DNA from: Candidatus Polarisedimenticolia bacterium
GTDB lineage: Bacteria; Chloroflexota; Limnocylindria; Limnocylindrales; CSP1-4
NCBI GenBank assembly: GCA_035649355.1
Contig: DASRJS010000103.1
Coordinates: 768-64,767, forward strand
DNA: 64,000 nucleotides
Direction: 5' to 3'
Shown one piece after another: positions 28,086 through 37,354 of the stretch; within the stretch, counting starts at the first letter, position 1; each line of letters opens with the position of its first letter. Made by a program: the position numbers and the translations under genes. Below the pieces are notes generated by a model. It had not been told where the DNA came from. It worked only from the letters and a program-made list of their open reading frames with translations, and ran no database searches.

Positions 28086-29066
28086 GTGGCGACCGCCGAT
28101 CGGAGCCTGAGCCGCGGACCGGCGCCCCGCGTCGTGGTCCTCGGCGACCTGATGCTCGATGTGGTCCTGGCGCCGGAACGGGCGATCCAGCGCGGGACGG
28201 ACGTTCCCGGCCGCGTTGGCATCCGCCAGGGCGGCTCGGCGGCGAACACGGCCCGCTGGCTCGGTCGGTTGGGCGTCAAGACGCAGCTCATCTGCGCCGT
28301 CGGTCGCGATGGCGCCGGGCGCTCGCTCGTCGAGCAGGTCCGAGCCGACGACGTGACCGTCCGCGTCAGCCGGATCGCCGGTGCCCGAACCGGCCGGATC
28401 GGGGTCATCGTGAGCCACGATGGCGAGCGATCGTTCGTCGCCGATCGCCGGGCGGCCGACGGCCTCAAGCCCGCGGACCTCAAAGCAGAATGGTTCGAAG
28501 GCGTCGACCTCCTCCACCTGCCGGCGTACTCGCTGCTCGGCGAGACGCTCGGGGCCGCCGGGCTTCGAGCGGTCGAGCTGGCGCGCGAGCGCAAGGCGCT
28601 CGTGACTCTCGATCTCGCGTCCAGCGCGCCACTCCTGGCACGCGGCCGGCGTGCGGCGCGCGACCTCGTCCGTGCGGTGAGCCCGGAGGTCCTGTTCGCC
28701 AGCGAGCGCGAGGCAGAGGCGCTGCTCGGCGGTTACGGCATCGACGGGCTGGTGGACTACGCGGCCACGGCCGTGGTGAAGCGCGGCCACCTTGGCGCGA
28801 CCGTGATCATGCGCGACGAGGAGGCCGAGAACGCCGACCCGGCGAGCCCGCCGCACGAGCGGTTCGACGTCGCCGCCGAAGCCGCGCCGTCGGCGGATAC
28901 GACGGGCGCCGGCGACGCGTTCGATGCCGGCTTCATCGCGGCCTGGCTCGCCGCACGCACGGCTGGTCACCCGGCCCCGGTCGCGGTCCATCGGGCGGTC
29001 CTGGCCGGGCACAAGGCGGCGGCGCGACACCTCCGCTCGTCGCATCCCGAGCTGCCGCCGGGCTGA
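28086..29066 (+). CDS. psuK: PfkB-family carbohydrate kinase, probable pseudouridine kinase
   Basis: [13 protein letters not shown] PfkB signature; directly upstream of psuG. GTG start lies 7 nt after TACCAT (28073-28078). Confidence 0.75.
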   Translation: MATADRSLSRGPAPRVVVLGDLMLDVVLAPERAIQRGTDVPGRVGIRQGGSAANTARWLGRLGVKTQLICAVGRDGAGRSLVEQVRADDVTVRVSRIAGARTGRIGVIVSHDGERSFVADRRAADGLKPADLKAEWFEGVDLLHLPAYSLLGETLGAAGLRAVELARERKALVTLDLASSAPLLARGRRAARDLVRAVSPEVLFASEREAEALLGGYGIDGLVDYAATAVVKRGHLGATVIMRDEEAENADPASPPHERFDVAAEAAPSADTTGAGDAFDAGFIAAWLAARTAGHPAPVAVHRAVLAGHKAAARHLRSSHPELPPG

Positions 29067-29077
29067 CCCGGCCGAAG

Positions 29078-30046
29078 ATGCTCTCCCTCGTCGAGCGCCT
29101 CGTCATTGCGCCGCCGGTCGCGAAGGCGCTCGCCCACGGTCGGCCGGTCGTGGCCCTCGAATCGACGCTGATCAGCCACGGCCTGCCGCATCCGGAGAAC
29201 CTCGCCGTGGCCCGAGCCGCCGAGGCGGCCGTTCGCGAGTCCGGCGCGGCACCCGCGACGATCGCGATCCGCGACGGCCAGGTCCTCGTCGGGCTGGATG
29301 ACGAGGCGCTCGAGGCGCTCGCGACCGCGCCAGGCGAGCTCGTCATGAAGGCCGCGCGCCCGTCGCTTGCCCTTGCGCTCGAACGAGCCGGCTGGGCGGC
29401 GACGACGGTCTCCGCGACGATGATCGCGGCCCACGCCGCGGGCATCCGCGTGTTCGCAACCGGTGGCATCGGCGGCGTCCACGTTGGGGCGCTCGGTGGC
29501 GCCGACGCCGCGAGCGGCGCCCGAATGGCCACGTTCGACATTTCGTCCGACCTCGAGGAGCTCGCACGGACACCAATGGCGGTCGTCTGCGCCGGGCCGA
29601 AGGCGATCCTCGACGTCCCCGCAACGCTCGAATACCTGGAGACGCGCGGCGTCCCCGTGCTCGCTGTCGGGCAGACCGAGCTGCCCGGCTTCTACGCCCG
29701 CTCCAGCGGCGTCCGCGCGCCGGCGAGCGTCGCGGATCTCGCGGCGGCCGGCGCCGTCGCGAGGACCCACCTCGGCCTCGGGATTGGGAGCGCCATCCTG
29801 GTCTGCGTGCCGGTGCCCGCGGCAGACGCCCTCGATGAGCGACAGATCCGCGATGCCATCCGCCACGCCGCCGCGGACGCCGACGCCGCCGGTGTCGCGG
29901 GACCGGACCTCACGCCCTGGCTGCTGGCCCGGATGGCAGCGCTCACTGACGGTGCGACCGTTCGCACCAACGCCGCGCTGATCGTGAACAACGCCCGTTC
30001 GGCGGGCGTCCTCGCCGCCGCGCTCGCGCTGCCTGCCGGGGTTTGA
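29078..30046 (+). CDS. psuG: pseudouridine-5'-phosphate glycosidase
   Basis: VVALESTLISHGLPHPEN and FATGGIGGVH motifs (IndA/PsuG family). ATG 29078 lies within ORF 27944..30046, whose upstream part is spurious. Confidence 0.88.
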   Translation: MLSLVERLVIAPPVAKALAHGRPVVALESTLISHGLPHPENLAVARAAEAAVRESGAAPATIAIRDGQVLVGLDDEALEALATAPGELVMKAARPSLALALERAGWAATTVSATMIAAHAAGIRVFATGGIGGVHVGALGGADAASGARMATFDISSDLEELARTPMAVVCAGPKAILDVPATLEYLETRGVPVLAVGQTELPGFYARSSGVRAPASVADLAAAGAVARTHLGLGIGSAILVCVPVPAADALDERQIRDAIRHAAADADAAGVAGPDLTPWLLARMAALTDGATVRTNAALIVNNARSAGVLAAALALPAGV

Positions 30047-30076
30047 TTTCGGTCTTACTCGTATTCGACAAGTATC

Positions 30077-30105
30077 TTCACAGCCGGCGCGTCCGCCGCT
30101 ATACT
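30077..30105 (+). promoter_or_regulatory. sigma-70-type promoter TTCACA-17-TATACT for the ABC-2 transporter operon
   Basis: -35 at 30077-30082, -10 at 30100-30105, in a lower-GC intergenic region 33 nt upstream of ATG 30138. Confidence 0.55.
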
Positions 30106-30137
30106 CGCGCTCCCCCACACCGCAGCCAGCGTGAGCC

Positions 30138-31310
30138 ATGTCCGCGGACCTCTCATCCGGCCTCAATGCGACCGTCGCGACGCCCGCTCCCGTGAGCGAT
30201 TCGGGCCTGTCCGCGGCGCCCGAGCCCGTGCCCGCGGCCGGACACGAACCGTCTCCGGAAACGGCTCCGAGCCACGCCACGACCGGCGCCCAGGAGCCAC
30301 CGGCGATCGAGGTCCGCGGGCTCCGCCGCGTCTACAAGGTCAAGCCAAAGCCCGTTGTCGCCCTCGACGGCATCGACCTCGACGTCGCCTCCGGCGAGTT
30401 CTTCGGCCTCCTTGGCCCGAACGGTGCCGGCAAGACGACGCTGATCAAGATCCTCACGACCCTGCTGCTGCCCTCGGAGGGCACGGCCAAGGTCTTCGGC
30501 TTCGATGTCGAGCACGAGACCGCCCAGATCCGTCGGATCATGAACATGGTTGCCGGCGGCGAGCAGTCGGGCTACGGGATCCTCGTGGTCCGCGAGCAGC
30601 TCTGGATGTTCACCCAGTTCTACGGGATGTCGAACAAGGACGGCTGGCGGCGCACGGACGAGCTCATCGAGGCGGTCGGGCTGCAGGAGCAGAAGCACCA
30701 GCGCGTGAGCACGCTCTCGACCGGCCAGCGCCAGAAGATGAACCTCGCCCGCGGCCTCCTCAACGACCCGTGGATCCTGTTCCTCGACGAGCCGACGCTC
30801 GGCCTGGACGTTGCCGCGGCGCGCTCGATGCGCGAGCTCATCGTCGAATGGAAGGCCGCCGTGCCCGGTCGGACCGTGCTCTTGACGACGCACTACATGG
30901 CCGAGGCCGACGAGCTCTGCGAGCGGATCGCGATCGTCGACCACGGCAAGATCCTCGCGATCGGGTCGCCCGAGGCGCTGAAGCGGCGGGTCCAGCGCGA
31001 GTCGATCTTCCGCGTCGAGCTCGACCAGCTCGAGGGCGGGGCGGCAATGCTTTCGAAGCTGCCCGGCGTCGTGAGCGCGAGCGCGGCCGCCGGGGCCGAA
31101 GGCAGCGAGGTCTCCGATCGCCAGGTCGTCGTGATCAACCTCGTCCTCGAGGACGACTCGGCCCTGGGCGACGTCGTCGGCGCGCTCGCCGCTCGGGGTT
31201 CGCAGATCCTCGGGCTGCGCAAGTCGGAGCCGACGCTCGAGGACGTCTTCGTCGAGCTCGTCGGTCGTGGCTTCGAGGAGGGCGAGCCCTCCGAGCAGGT
31301 GACGGGCTGA
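30138..31310 (+). CDS. ABC transporter ATP-binding protein (ABC-2/DrrA-like) with about 55-aa N-terminal extension
   Basis: GLLGPNGAGKTT Walker A, LSTGQRQK signature, ILFLDEPT Walker B. Confidence 0.9.
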   Translation: MSADLSSGLNATVATPAPVSDSGLSAAPEPVPAAGHEPSPETAPSHATTGAQEPPAIEVRGLRRVYKVKPKPVVALDGIDLDVASGEFFGLLGPNGAGKTTLIKILTTLLLPSEGTAKVFGFDVEHETAQIRRIMNMVAGGEQSGYGILVVREQLWMFTQFYGMSNKDGWRRTDELIEAVGLQEQKHQRVSTLSTGQRQKMNLARGLLNDPWILFLDEPTLGLDVAAARSMRELIVEWKAAVPGRTVLLTTHYMAEADELCERIAIVDHGKILAIGSPEALKRRVQRESIFRVELDQLEGGAAMLSKLPGVVSASAAAGAEGSEVSDRQVVVINLVLEDDSALGDVVGALAARGSQILGLRKSEPTLEDVFVELVGRGFEEGEPSEQVTG

Positions 31311-32194
31311 TGGCGACGATGGACTTCGTCGGCCGAGCCGGCAAGAGCCCCCGCGAGGCGGCGCAGTGGTCGCGGCGCCAGGTCCTGATGACGGATCTCC
31401 GGTCGATCCGCGGCCGGGCCTACCCGCGCTGGCGCGGCCTGTTCCGCGAGAAGTCGTGGGTGCTGTTCGAGATCCTCCTGCCGTTCCTCGGGACGTCGGC
31501 GTTCGTGTTCGTCTACCGCGCCCTCCAGGCGCCGGTCGAATACGTCGGCTTCGCCGTCCTCGGCGGCGCGATGACGGCCTTCTGGCTGAACGTCATCTGG
31601 ATGATGGCGAACCAGCTGTACTGGGAGAAGACGCAGGGCAACCTCGAGCTCTACTTCGCCTCGCCGATGCACTTCATGTCGATCCTCTTCGGGATGGCGA
31701 TCGGCGGCATCTTCATGAGCTCGACGCGGGCAGTCGTCGTCATCACGGCCGCGAGCCTGCTGTACGGCGTCCAGTTCTCGGTCGACCAGTGGGCGGTGCT
31801 CATCGTCGTGTTCATGCTGACGCTGGCCGCGCTGTACGGGCTCGGGATGGTCCTCGCGAGCCTGTTCCTCGTCTGGGGTCGGGAGGCGTGGCACATGGGC
31901 CAGCTCCTGACCGAGCCGGTCTACTTTGTGTCCGGGCTCAACTTCCCCGTGGCGCGGCTGGGCTTCCTCGGCGCGGTGTCCGTGGCGCTGATCCCGCTGG
32001 CGACGGGGCTCGACGCGATGCGCCAGCTCGCCTTCGCCGGCGCCGCGTTCCCGGTCGGGACGCCGTCGCCGCTCGTGGAGATCGGGATCCTGGTGCTGAT
32101 GTCGATCGTCTCGATCGCCGCCGCGCGCTGGATGCTCCTCGCGATGGAGCGCCGCGCGCGGCGCGATGGCCGCCTCTCGGTCCGCTGGCAATGA
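31310..32194 (+). CDS. ABC-2 type transporter permease
   Basis: 6-TM hydrophobic protein; ATG 31310 shares 1 nt with the ATPase TGA (31308-31310). Confidence 0.8.
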   Translation: MATMDFVGRAGKSPREAAQWSRRQVLMTDLRSIRGRAYPRWRGLFREKSWVLFEILLPFLGTSAFVFVYRALQAPVEYVGFAVLGGAMTAFWLNVIWMMANQLYWEKTQGNLELYFASPMHFMSILFGMAIGGIFMSSTRAVVVITAASLLYGVQFSVDQWAVLIVVFMLTLAALYGLGMVLASLFLVWGREAWHMGQLLTEPVYFVSGLNFPVARLGFLGAVSVALIPLATGLDAMRQLAFAGAAFPVGTPSPLVEIGILVLMSIVSIAAARWMLLAMERRARRDGRLSVRWQ

Positions 32195-33123
32195 CCGCGG
32201 GTGCCGCAACAACCGGCCGCGAGGCCGGCGTCAGCAGCCGGGGCCGGATCTCGGACCTCGTCCGCAGCTTCACCGTCGCCGCGCGCCTCGGCTGGGCGCT
32301 CGAGGCGAACTGGACGGATCCGCTCCTCTTCTTCATCTACTCGGTCGCGAAGCCGCTCAGCTCCGCACTGATCCTCGTCTTCATGCTCGAGGTCATCGGC
32401 GGTCCGGCGGGCCGCTCGCTGCGGCCCTTCGTCGTCGTCGGCAGCGCGCTCTGGACGTTCGTGGTCAGCGGCATCTCCGGCCTGGCCTGGGCGATCCTCG
32501 AGGACCGCGAGCGCTACCGGGTGCTCAAGTACGTCTATGTCAGCCCGAGCGACTTCCTCGTCGTGCTCATGGGCCGCGGCGTCGCCCGGGTTGCGGTCGG
32601 GCTCGCCGGTGTCGTCATCACGCTCCTCGTCGGCGTCACGGTCCTCGGCGTCACGTTCGACCTCGCAACGGTCGATTGGGGCCTCCTGGCCATCTCGACG
32701 GTCTTCGGCCTCGTCTCGATCGTCGCCCTCGGCATCCTCATGGCCGGGATCTGCATCCAGACCCGACAGGAGTCGTGGTCGTACCCCGAGGCGTTCGCCG
32801 GGGCGCTGTTCCTGATCACCGGTGCCGTGTTCCCCTTGATCGTGCTGCCGGTCGTCATCCAGCCGATCGGGCTCCTGATGCCGCTGACGTGGTGGATCGC
32901 GGGTGTGCGGCAGTCGCTGTTCCCCGGCGGCGTCGACTCGATCGGCGGCCCCGGCTCGGCCTTCGAATCCATCTTCGGGCACGCGCATCCGGGCACCGGG
33001 GAGATTGCGCTCGCCTTGCTGGTCACCAGTGCCGTCGTTACACTCGCGGCACTGGCCGTGTTCCGCTGGAGCGACCGGCGCGCGAAGCAAGCGGGCCTCT
33101 ACGACCAGACCAGCGGATCCTGA
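32191..33123 (+). CDS. ABC-2 type transporter permease (second, distinct)
   Basis: 6-TM protein; ATGA overlap with the preceding permease. Confidence 0.8.
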   Translation: MTAGAATTGREAGVSSRGRISDLVRSFTVAARLGWALEANWTDPLLFFIYSVAKPLSSALILVFMLEVIGGPAGRSLRPFVVVGSALWTFVVSGISGLAWAILEDRERYRVLKYVYVSPSDFLVVLMGRGVARVAVGLAGVVITLLVGVTVLGVTFDLATVDWGLLAISTVFGLVSIVALGILMAGICIQTRQESWSYPEAFAGALFLITGAVFPLIVLPVVIQPIGLLMPLTWWIAGVRQSLFPGGVDSIGGPGSAFESIFGHAHPGTGEIALALLVTSAVVTLAALAVFRWSDRRAKQAGLYDQTSGS

Positions 33124-33165
33124 GTCGAGCGTCGCCGTCGCGGCGCTCCCGCGACGGGAGACGGG

Positions 33166-33738
33166 ATGCGAATCTACGAGGGCAGCCCACGCCAGGACTT
33201 CGAGGAAGTCCTGCGCTCGATCGGCGCCTTCCTCGACGAACGCAACATGAGAGACATCCTCCTCGTCGAGGCTCCTGACGGCTTCATCGTCCAGGGGCTC
33301 GTCGTCGTCGGTGCGACCGGCGGCTCAACGTGGTCCGAGTCCATGGGCCAGATCGAGAAGGAGACGCTCACGTTCCTCGACGAGGACATCGCGAAGTTCA
33401 TGGACGAGGCGCTCGCCCGCCGCGGCCGTGGCTCGACCGCTGACCCGGTGCATCCCGGCGCCTATCAGCGTGCGCTGCGGGTGATCGGCCGCTACATCGA
33501 CGAGCAGAAGCCGCGCGACATCTTCCTCTTCGAGCAGCAGGGCGCGTTCGTTCTGCGCCTGCATCGCGGCGGTCAGACCGGCGACCGGCATGAGCTCATC
33601 GAGTTCACGAAGGACGACGTCGACGGCCTCGTCACCGGGGCACCCGCGCTCCGTCAGCGACTGAAGCCGGCGACGCCATCGACCACCGCGACAGGCGGTT
33701 CTGGCAAGGCGCCAGGCGGCGCCGCACCCACCAGCTAG
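33166..33738 (+). CDS. hypothetical protein with internally duplicated about 75-aa domain
   Basis: High-GC3 ORF. Two repeats, FEEVLRSIGAFLDERNMRDILLVEAPDGFIVQG and YQRALRVIGRYIDEQKPRDIFLFEQQGAFVLRL, followed by a Pro/Thr/Gly-rich tail. No family recognised. Confidence 0.65.
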   Translation: MRIYEGSPRQDFEEVLRSIGAFLDERNMRDILLVEAPDGFIVQGLVVVGATGGSTWSESMGQIEKETLTFLDEDIAKFMDEALARRGRGSTADPVHPGAYQRALRVIGRYIDEQKPRDIFLFEQQGAFVLRLHRGGQTGDRHELIEFTKDDVDGLVTGAPALRQRLKPATPSTTATGGSGKAPGGAAPTS

Positions 33739-33777
33739 GCCCATCAACTCCATCCACGCGACCCAGGAGGTTCAGCC

Positions 33778-33933
33778 ATGAAGGCTCTCAAGACCGTCGC
33801 CGTGGCGCTCGGCGTCACGCTCGGCGCGCTCATCGTCATCCCGCTGGCCGTGCTCGCCGCGCTCTTCGTCTGGCTGAAGCTGACCGAGGAGTCGGACGAA
33901 GAGGCGCTCGAGCTCGAGGAAACGAGCGCCTGA
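33778..33933 (+). CDS. small membrane protein, 51 aa (not in ORF track)
   Basis: AGGAGG RBS 7 nt upstream. MKALKTVAVALGVTLGALIVIPLAVLAALFVWLKLTEESDEEALELEETSA: one TM helix plus an acidic tail. GC3-rich codons; followed by a terminator. Confidence 0.6.
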   Translation: MKALKTVAVALGVTLGALIVIPLAVLAALFVWLKLTEESDEEALELEETSA

Positions 33934-33948
33934 CGTTCCGCACGTGGG

Positions 33949-33980
33949 GAGCCCGTCGGCGCCAGCCGGCGGGCTCTTTC
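33949..33980 (+). terminator. intrinsic terminator
   Basis: GAGCCCG..CGGC/GCCG..CGGGCTC stem (33949-33976) followed by TTTC. Confidence 0.6.
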
Positions 33981-34040
33981 GATTCCTGGCGCACCCCGCT
34001 TGCCACTTGCGGCGCCGCTTGTGACGATCCGTGATCGCCA

Positions 34041-34195
34041 TATGTGCATTTCTTGGCTAAGCAGGTCGATAAGGGCGCTCCGGGCATCGTCGCACCGTCC
34101 GATTGGCGTCTCCTCGTGCACGACCGATTGGCTCGAGCCCGCTCCAGCCTCGCTAGCGCGGCCTTATCGGTCGCCTAGCCGCCAATTTGCACATA
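34041..34195. repeat. 155-bp element bounded by imperfect about 34-nt inverted repeats (MITE-like or long RNA hairpin)
   Basis: TATGTGCA/TGCACATA (34041-48 / 34188-95), GGCTA/TAGCC (34055-59 / 34176-80), CGATAAGG/CCTTATCG (34067-74 / 34162-69). Internal direct repeat GCAC..CCGATTGGC x2 (34092-34107, 34118-34132). Confidence 0.6.
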
Positions 34196-34233
34196 CGACG
34201 ATCATCGCGAGCGTTAAGGCCGGCGCACGCGGC

Positions 34234-34821
34234 CTACCAGCGCTCCCAATGCGCGAAGTCCTCGAACGGCAGCCAGCCGCGCTTCAGCGAAGGTGAGCGG
34301 ACATCGGGCAGTTGCCGCCCGACCGGGATGACCCCGATCGGGTGGAACTCCGCCGGCAGCCCGAGGACGGTTCGCAGCTCGTCCGGGTCCGGGCCGGCGA
34401 ACCCGGCCGCGAGCCCGGCGTCGTGCGCCGCGAGCATCACGACCATCGACGTCTTGCCGATGTCGATCCACCAGTAGGGCGTCGGCCACTCGATCTCGTT
34501 GCCGGACTCGTCGGTCTTGTCGGGCTCCTGGTAGCGGCGGTGATAGATCTCCGCGGAGACGCAGGGGATGAACTGGGCCGCACACTCGCTGATCCAGTTG
34601 CCCATCCCGAGATCCGCGTAGAACTGCTCGCCACACGTCTCCGCGACGCGCCGCCGCATCTCCGGGTCGGTGACGATGACCAGGCGCTGGCCCTGCGAGA
34701 AGCCGGCCGACGGCACGTGCTGCGCCAGCCGCGCGATCTTCTCGAGCACCCGGCGCTCGACCGGCGTCTCCTCGAACCGGCGCACGGTTCGGCGCTTCAT
34801 CACGAGCTCGGCGAATTCCAT
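34234..34821 (-). CDS. nitroreductase family protein
   Basis: MEFAELVMKRRTVRRFEETPV N-terminus (typical RRSxRxF motif). GAGGAGGAGG RBS. The upstream part of ORF 34234..35616 is antisense to the sigma gene and is rejected. Confidence 0.85.
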   Translation of the reverse strand: MEFAELVMKRRTVRRFEETPVERRVLEKIARLAQHVPSAGFSQGQRLVIVTDPEMRRRVAETCGEQFYADLGMGNWISECAAQFIPCVSAEIYHRRYQEPDKTDESGNEIEWPTPYWWIDIGKTSMVVMLAAHDAGLAAGFAGPDPDELRTVLGLPAEFHPIGVIPVGRQLPDVRSPSLKRGWLPFEDFAHWERW

Positions 34822-34932
34822 CGGGGCCTCCTCCTCGGGAACCGTAGCGAGAAGAAACTCGAAACGATTCGCGAGTCCGTCGCGCCATACCCTACGAACC
34901 CGGCCACCATGCCGGGCGGAGGGTGAGGGGCA

Positions 34933-35487
34933 GTGGACCGACGGTTGCTGGTCGAACGGGCGGGGAGGGGCGATCACGACGCCTTCACCCGGCTCGTCGC
35001 GACGGCCGCCGCTCGGCTGGACGCTGCCGCGCGCCTCATCCTGCGGGACCCGGAGCTCGCGCGCGACGCGGTCCAGAACGCCCTCGTTCGAGCCTGGCGA
35101 GACCTGCCCGGACTTCGTGATCCGGACCGGTTCGATGCCTGGCTCCATCGCTTGCTGATCAATTCCGCGCTCGACGAGGCTCGGCGGCGCCGCCGCCGCA
35201 GCGTCGAGCTCGTCATCCAGGAGGTCGACGAACCAGCACGCGAGGACACCGCGCGTGACCTCGCGGACCGTGACCTGGTCGAGCGGGCGCTCGTCCGGCT
35301 CGACCCGGACCACCGGGCCCTCGTCGTCCTCCACTACTACTTCGGCTACCCGCTGCCCGAAGCCGCGTCCTCGCTCGGGATTTCGCTCCCGGCTGCGAAG
35401 TCGCGGCTTCATCGGGCCATGCAGGGGCTGCGCCGCTCGATGACCGCGGATGCGCCGGTCGTCCCCGTGGGAGGCCATTCCGCATGA
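34933..35487 (+). CDS. ECF-type RNA polymerase sigma factor (sigma-70 family)
   Basis: DAFTRLV...ARDAVQNALVRAWRDLPGLRDPDRFDAWLHRLLIN (region 2) and a region 4 HTH (AASSLGISLPAAKSRLHRA). GTG start with GGAGGG RBS. Confidence 0.88.
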   Translation: MDRRLLVERAGRGDHDAFTRLVATAAARLDAAARLILRDPELARDAVQNALVRAWRDLPGLRDPDRFDAWLHRLLINSALDEARRRRRRSVELVIQEVDEPAREDTARDLADRDLVERALVRLDPDHRALVVLHYYFGYPLPEAASSLGISLPAAKSRLHRAMQGLRRSMTADAPVVPVGGHSA

Positions 35488-36704
35488 CCGCTTTCGATCG
35501 GTTCGACCCCTTCGAGCGCCGGATCTCGAGCGCGATCGACGAGATCGCGGCCGAGCGGCAGCCCTTCTACCTCGACGACATCTTCCGGCTGACCGCCCGC
35601 TCGAAGCAGCGGCCACGCTGGCAGTTCCCCGAAAGGTGGCTGACCATGAACTTCACCGCGCTCCGTGCGGCGATTGCGACCACCGTGGTCGTCATCGTCG
35701 TCGGCGGGATCCTCGCGTTCAATCGCCCGGACAACGGGCCTGGGACGAGCCCGAGCCCGAGCCCGACCGAATCTGGCTCGGCCCAATCCGTTGGCGCCGC
35801 AGCCCAGCAGCTCCGGGGCATTTGGATCGCCGACGCGGATGCACTCCCCGAGATCGACGTGCCTGCGGGCAGGATCCAGCTGTGGATCGATTGGGACCGT
35901 GGCGATCGCGCCTCGGTCCACACGACTCCATACACGCGCGACTACCTGGACAGCCAGTCTCTTGATGCGCCCAATGGCGAGCTCCGGCTGAGGACTGCGT
36001 TTGCTGGCGCCGACTGCGACACGGACGCCGAGGGACGGTACGCCTGGAGCCGATCGAATGACGGCTTCTTCCTCACGCTGACGCTGATCGAAGACGCCTG
36101 TGCGGCGCGCGCGACCGCCTTTGCCAGGACGTGGGTCCGCTCATTCGCGGCGGCGTCCGAAGGCGGACACGGTGTGGTCGATGGCGTGACGCCAATGGTG
36201 GAGGTGACCCTGCCAGCAGGGCAGCGCCTGTGGGGCGGGGCGGGGGACCAGTGGCAGGCGATCATGACCGACGGTGGCCTGGAGCCGTACCAGGCCTTCG
36301 TCGTCATTCGAAACCCGGGCGGCTTCGCCGCGCCGTGCTCGACAAGCGACCCCCAGCCGACGTCAATCCCGGCGACGACTACCGACCTCGTCAGCTACAT
36401 CGACAGCCTGCCGGGCGCATCCGTGGTGACCGCGGCAACCGAGATCGACGGTCGCCCAGCGATCCAGTTCGACATGCGCATCGACAACGAGATCCAGTGC
36501 GAGTCTGGGGATATCTTCAACCTCCATCCGGAGAGCCCTTCCGACACGCAGGTCTGGACCTCCGTGCCCGGCGAGCTCCAGCGGCTGTACGTCGTCCAGA
36601 TCGACGCCTCAACCACGTTCCTGCTCTGGTACCAGGGCAACTCGGAAACGGAGCGGGCCGTCATCGCGTCGGTCCACTTTCTCGACAAGCTGCCCACCCC
36701 GTAG
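35484..36704 (+). CDS. single-pass membrane protein coupled to the ECF sigma (candidate non-canonical anti-sigma), unknown extracytoplasmic domain
   Basis: ATGA overlap with the sigma gene. About 55-aa cytoplasmic N-terminus, TM helix AAIATTVVVIVVGGILAF, Pro/Ser linker, about 320-aa Cys-containing ectodomain. Confidence 0.7.
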   Translation: MTAFDRFDPFERRISSAIDEIAAERQPFYLDDIFRLTARSKQRPRWQFPERWLTMNFTALRAAIATTVVVIVVGGILAFNRPDNGPGTSPSPSPTESGSAQSVGAAAQQLRGIWIADADALPEIDVPAGRIQLWIDWDRGDRASVHTTPYTRDYLDSQSLDAPNGELRLRTAFAGADCDTDAEGRYAWSRSNDGFFLTLTLIEDACAARATAFARTWVRSFAAASEGGHGVVDGVTPMVEVTLPAGQRLWGGAGDQWQAIMTDGGLEPYQAFVVIRNPGGFAAPCSTSDPQPTSIPATTTDLVSYIDSLPGASVVTAATEIDGRPAIQFDMRIDNEIQCESGDIFNLHPESPSDTQVWTSVPGELQRLYVVQIDASTTFLLWYQGNSETERAVIASVHFLDKLPTP

Positions 36705-36728
36705 CAGCGGCTGGTAACGGAAGTCCCT

Positions 36729-36756
36729 GAGCCCGGGCGCTTCGGCGCTCGGGCTC
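36729..36756 (+). terminator. GC-rich hairpin (12-bp stem, TTCG loop) after the first ECF module
   Basis: GAGCCCGGGCGC-TTCG-GCGCTCGGGCTC; there is no clear U-tract, so terminator function is uncertain. Confidence 0.35.
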
Positions 36757-36808
36757 TCGACCGCTCGCGCATCTGGGACACTTCGCGACTCGCCCGCATC
36801 TACCTTTC

Positions 36809-37354
36809 GTGACGGACCTGGCAATGACCGATGCGAGCGCGAATCCCGCGACTGTCCGCCAGGCCGCGGCGGGGGACGAAGCCGCGTTCGCGCGCATCGT
36901 CGCCGAGCACCACGCCCCGATGGCGCGCGTCGCCTACGCGATCACCGGGGACGTCGAAACGGCCGCCGACGCCGTCCAGACGGCCTGGTCGACGGCATGG
37001 CGCAGGTTGGGATCGCTCCGTGACCCGCTGACAATCCGCGCCTGGCTCGTCGCGATCGCTGCGAACGAAGCCCGCCAGGTCCTCCGCCGCCAGCGTCGCC
37101 GGACGCTCGTCAACATCGAGGCCATCGGCGACCTGCCGGCGGACGGCGAGCCCGGCGACCGAATCTCGACCGTTGACCTGGCCCGCGTCCTCCGCGGCCT
37201 TGACCCCGACGACCGAACCCTTCTGGCGCTGCGATTCGCCGCGCGACTGGACTCCCCGGCCATCGCCGCACAGCTCGGGCTGACGGCGTCCGGCGTTCGA
37301 AGCCGGCTTTCGCGCCTCCTCGAGCGCGTTCGAACGGAGCTCGACCATGGCTGA
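36809..37354 (+). CDS. ECF-type RNA polymerase sigma factor (second copy)
   Basis: EAAFARIVAEHHAPMARVAYAITGD...AVQTAWSTAWRRLGSLRDP...RAWLVAIAANEAR region 2; region 4 AAQLGLTASGVRSRLSR. Confidence 0.88.
   Translation: MTDLAMTDASANPATVRQAAAGDEAAFARIVAEHHAPMARVAYAITGDVETAADAVQTAWSTAWRRLGSLRDPLTIRAWLVAIAANEARQVLRRQRRRTLVNIEAIGDLPADGEPGDRISTVDLARVLRGLDPDDRTLLALRFAARLDSPAIAAQLGLTASGVRSRLSRLLERVRTELDHG

Noticed and set aside
27944-29077. N-terminal 378 codons of the 700-aa ORF 27944..30046
   Set aside because: This part overlaps tkt (antisense) and psuK (out of frame) and is Arg-rich. PsuG homology starts at ATG 29078.
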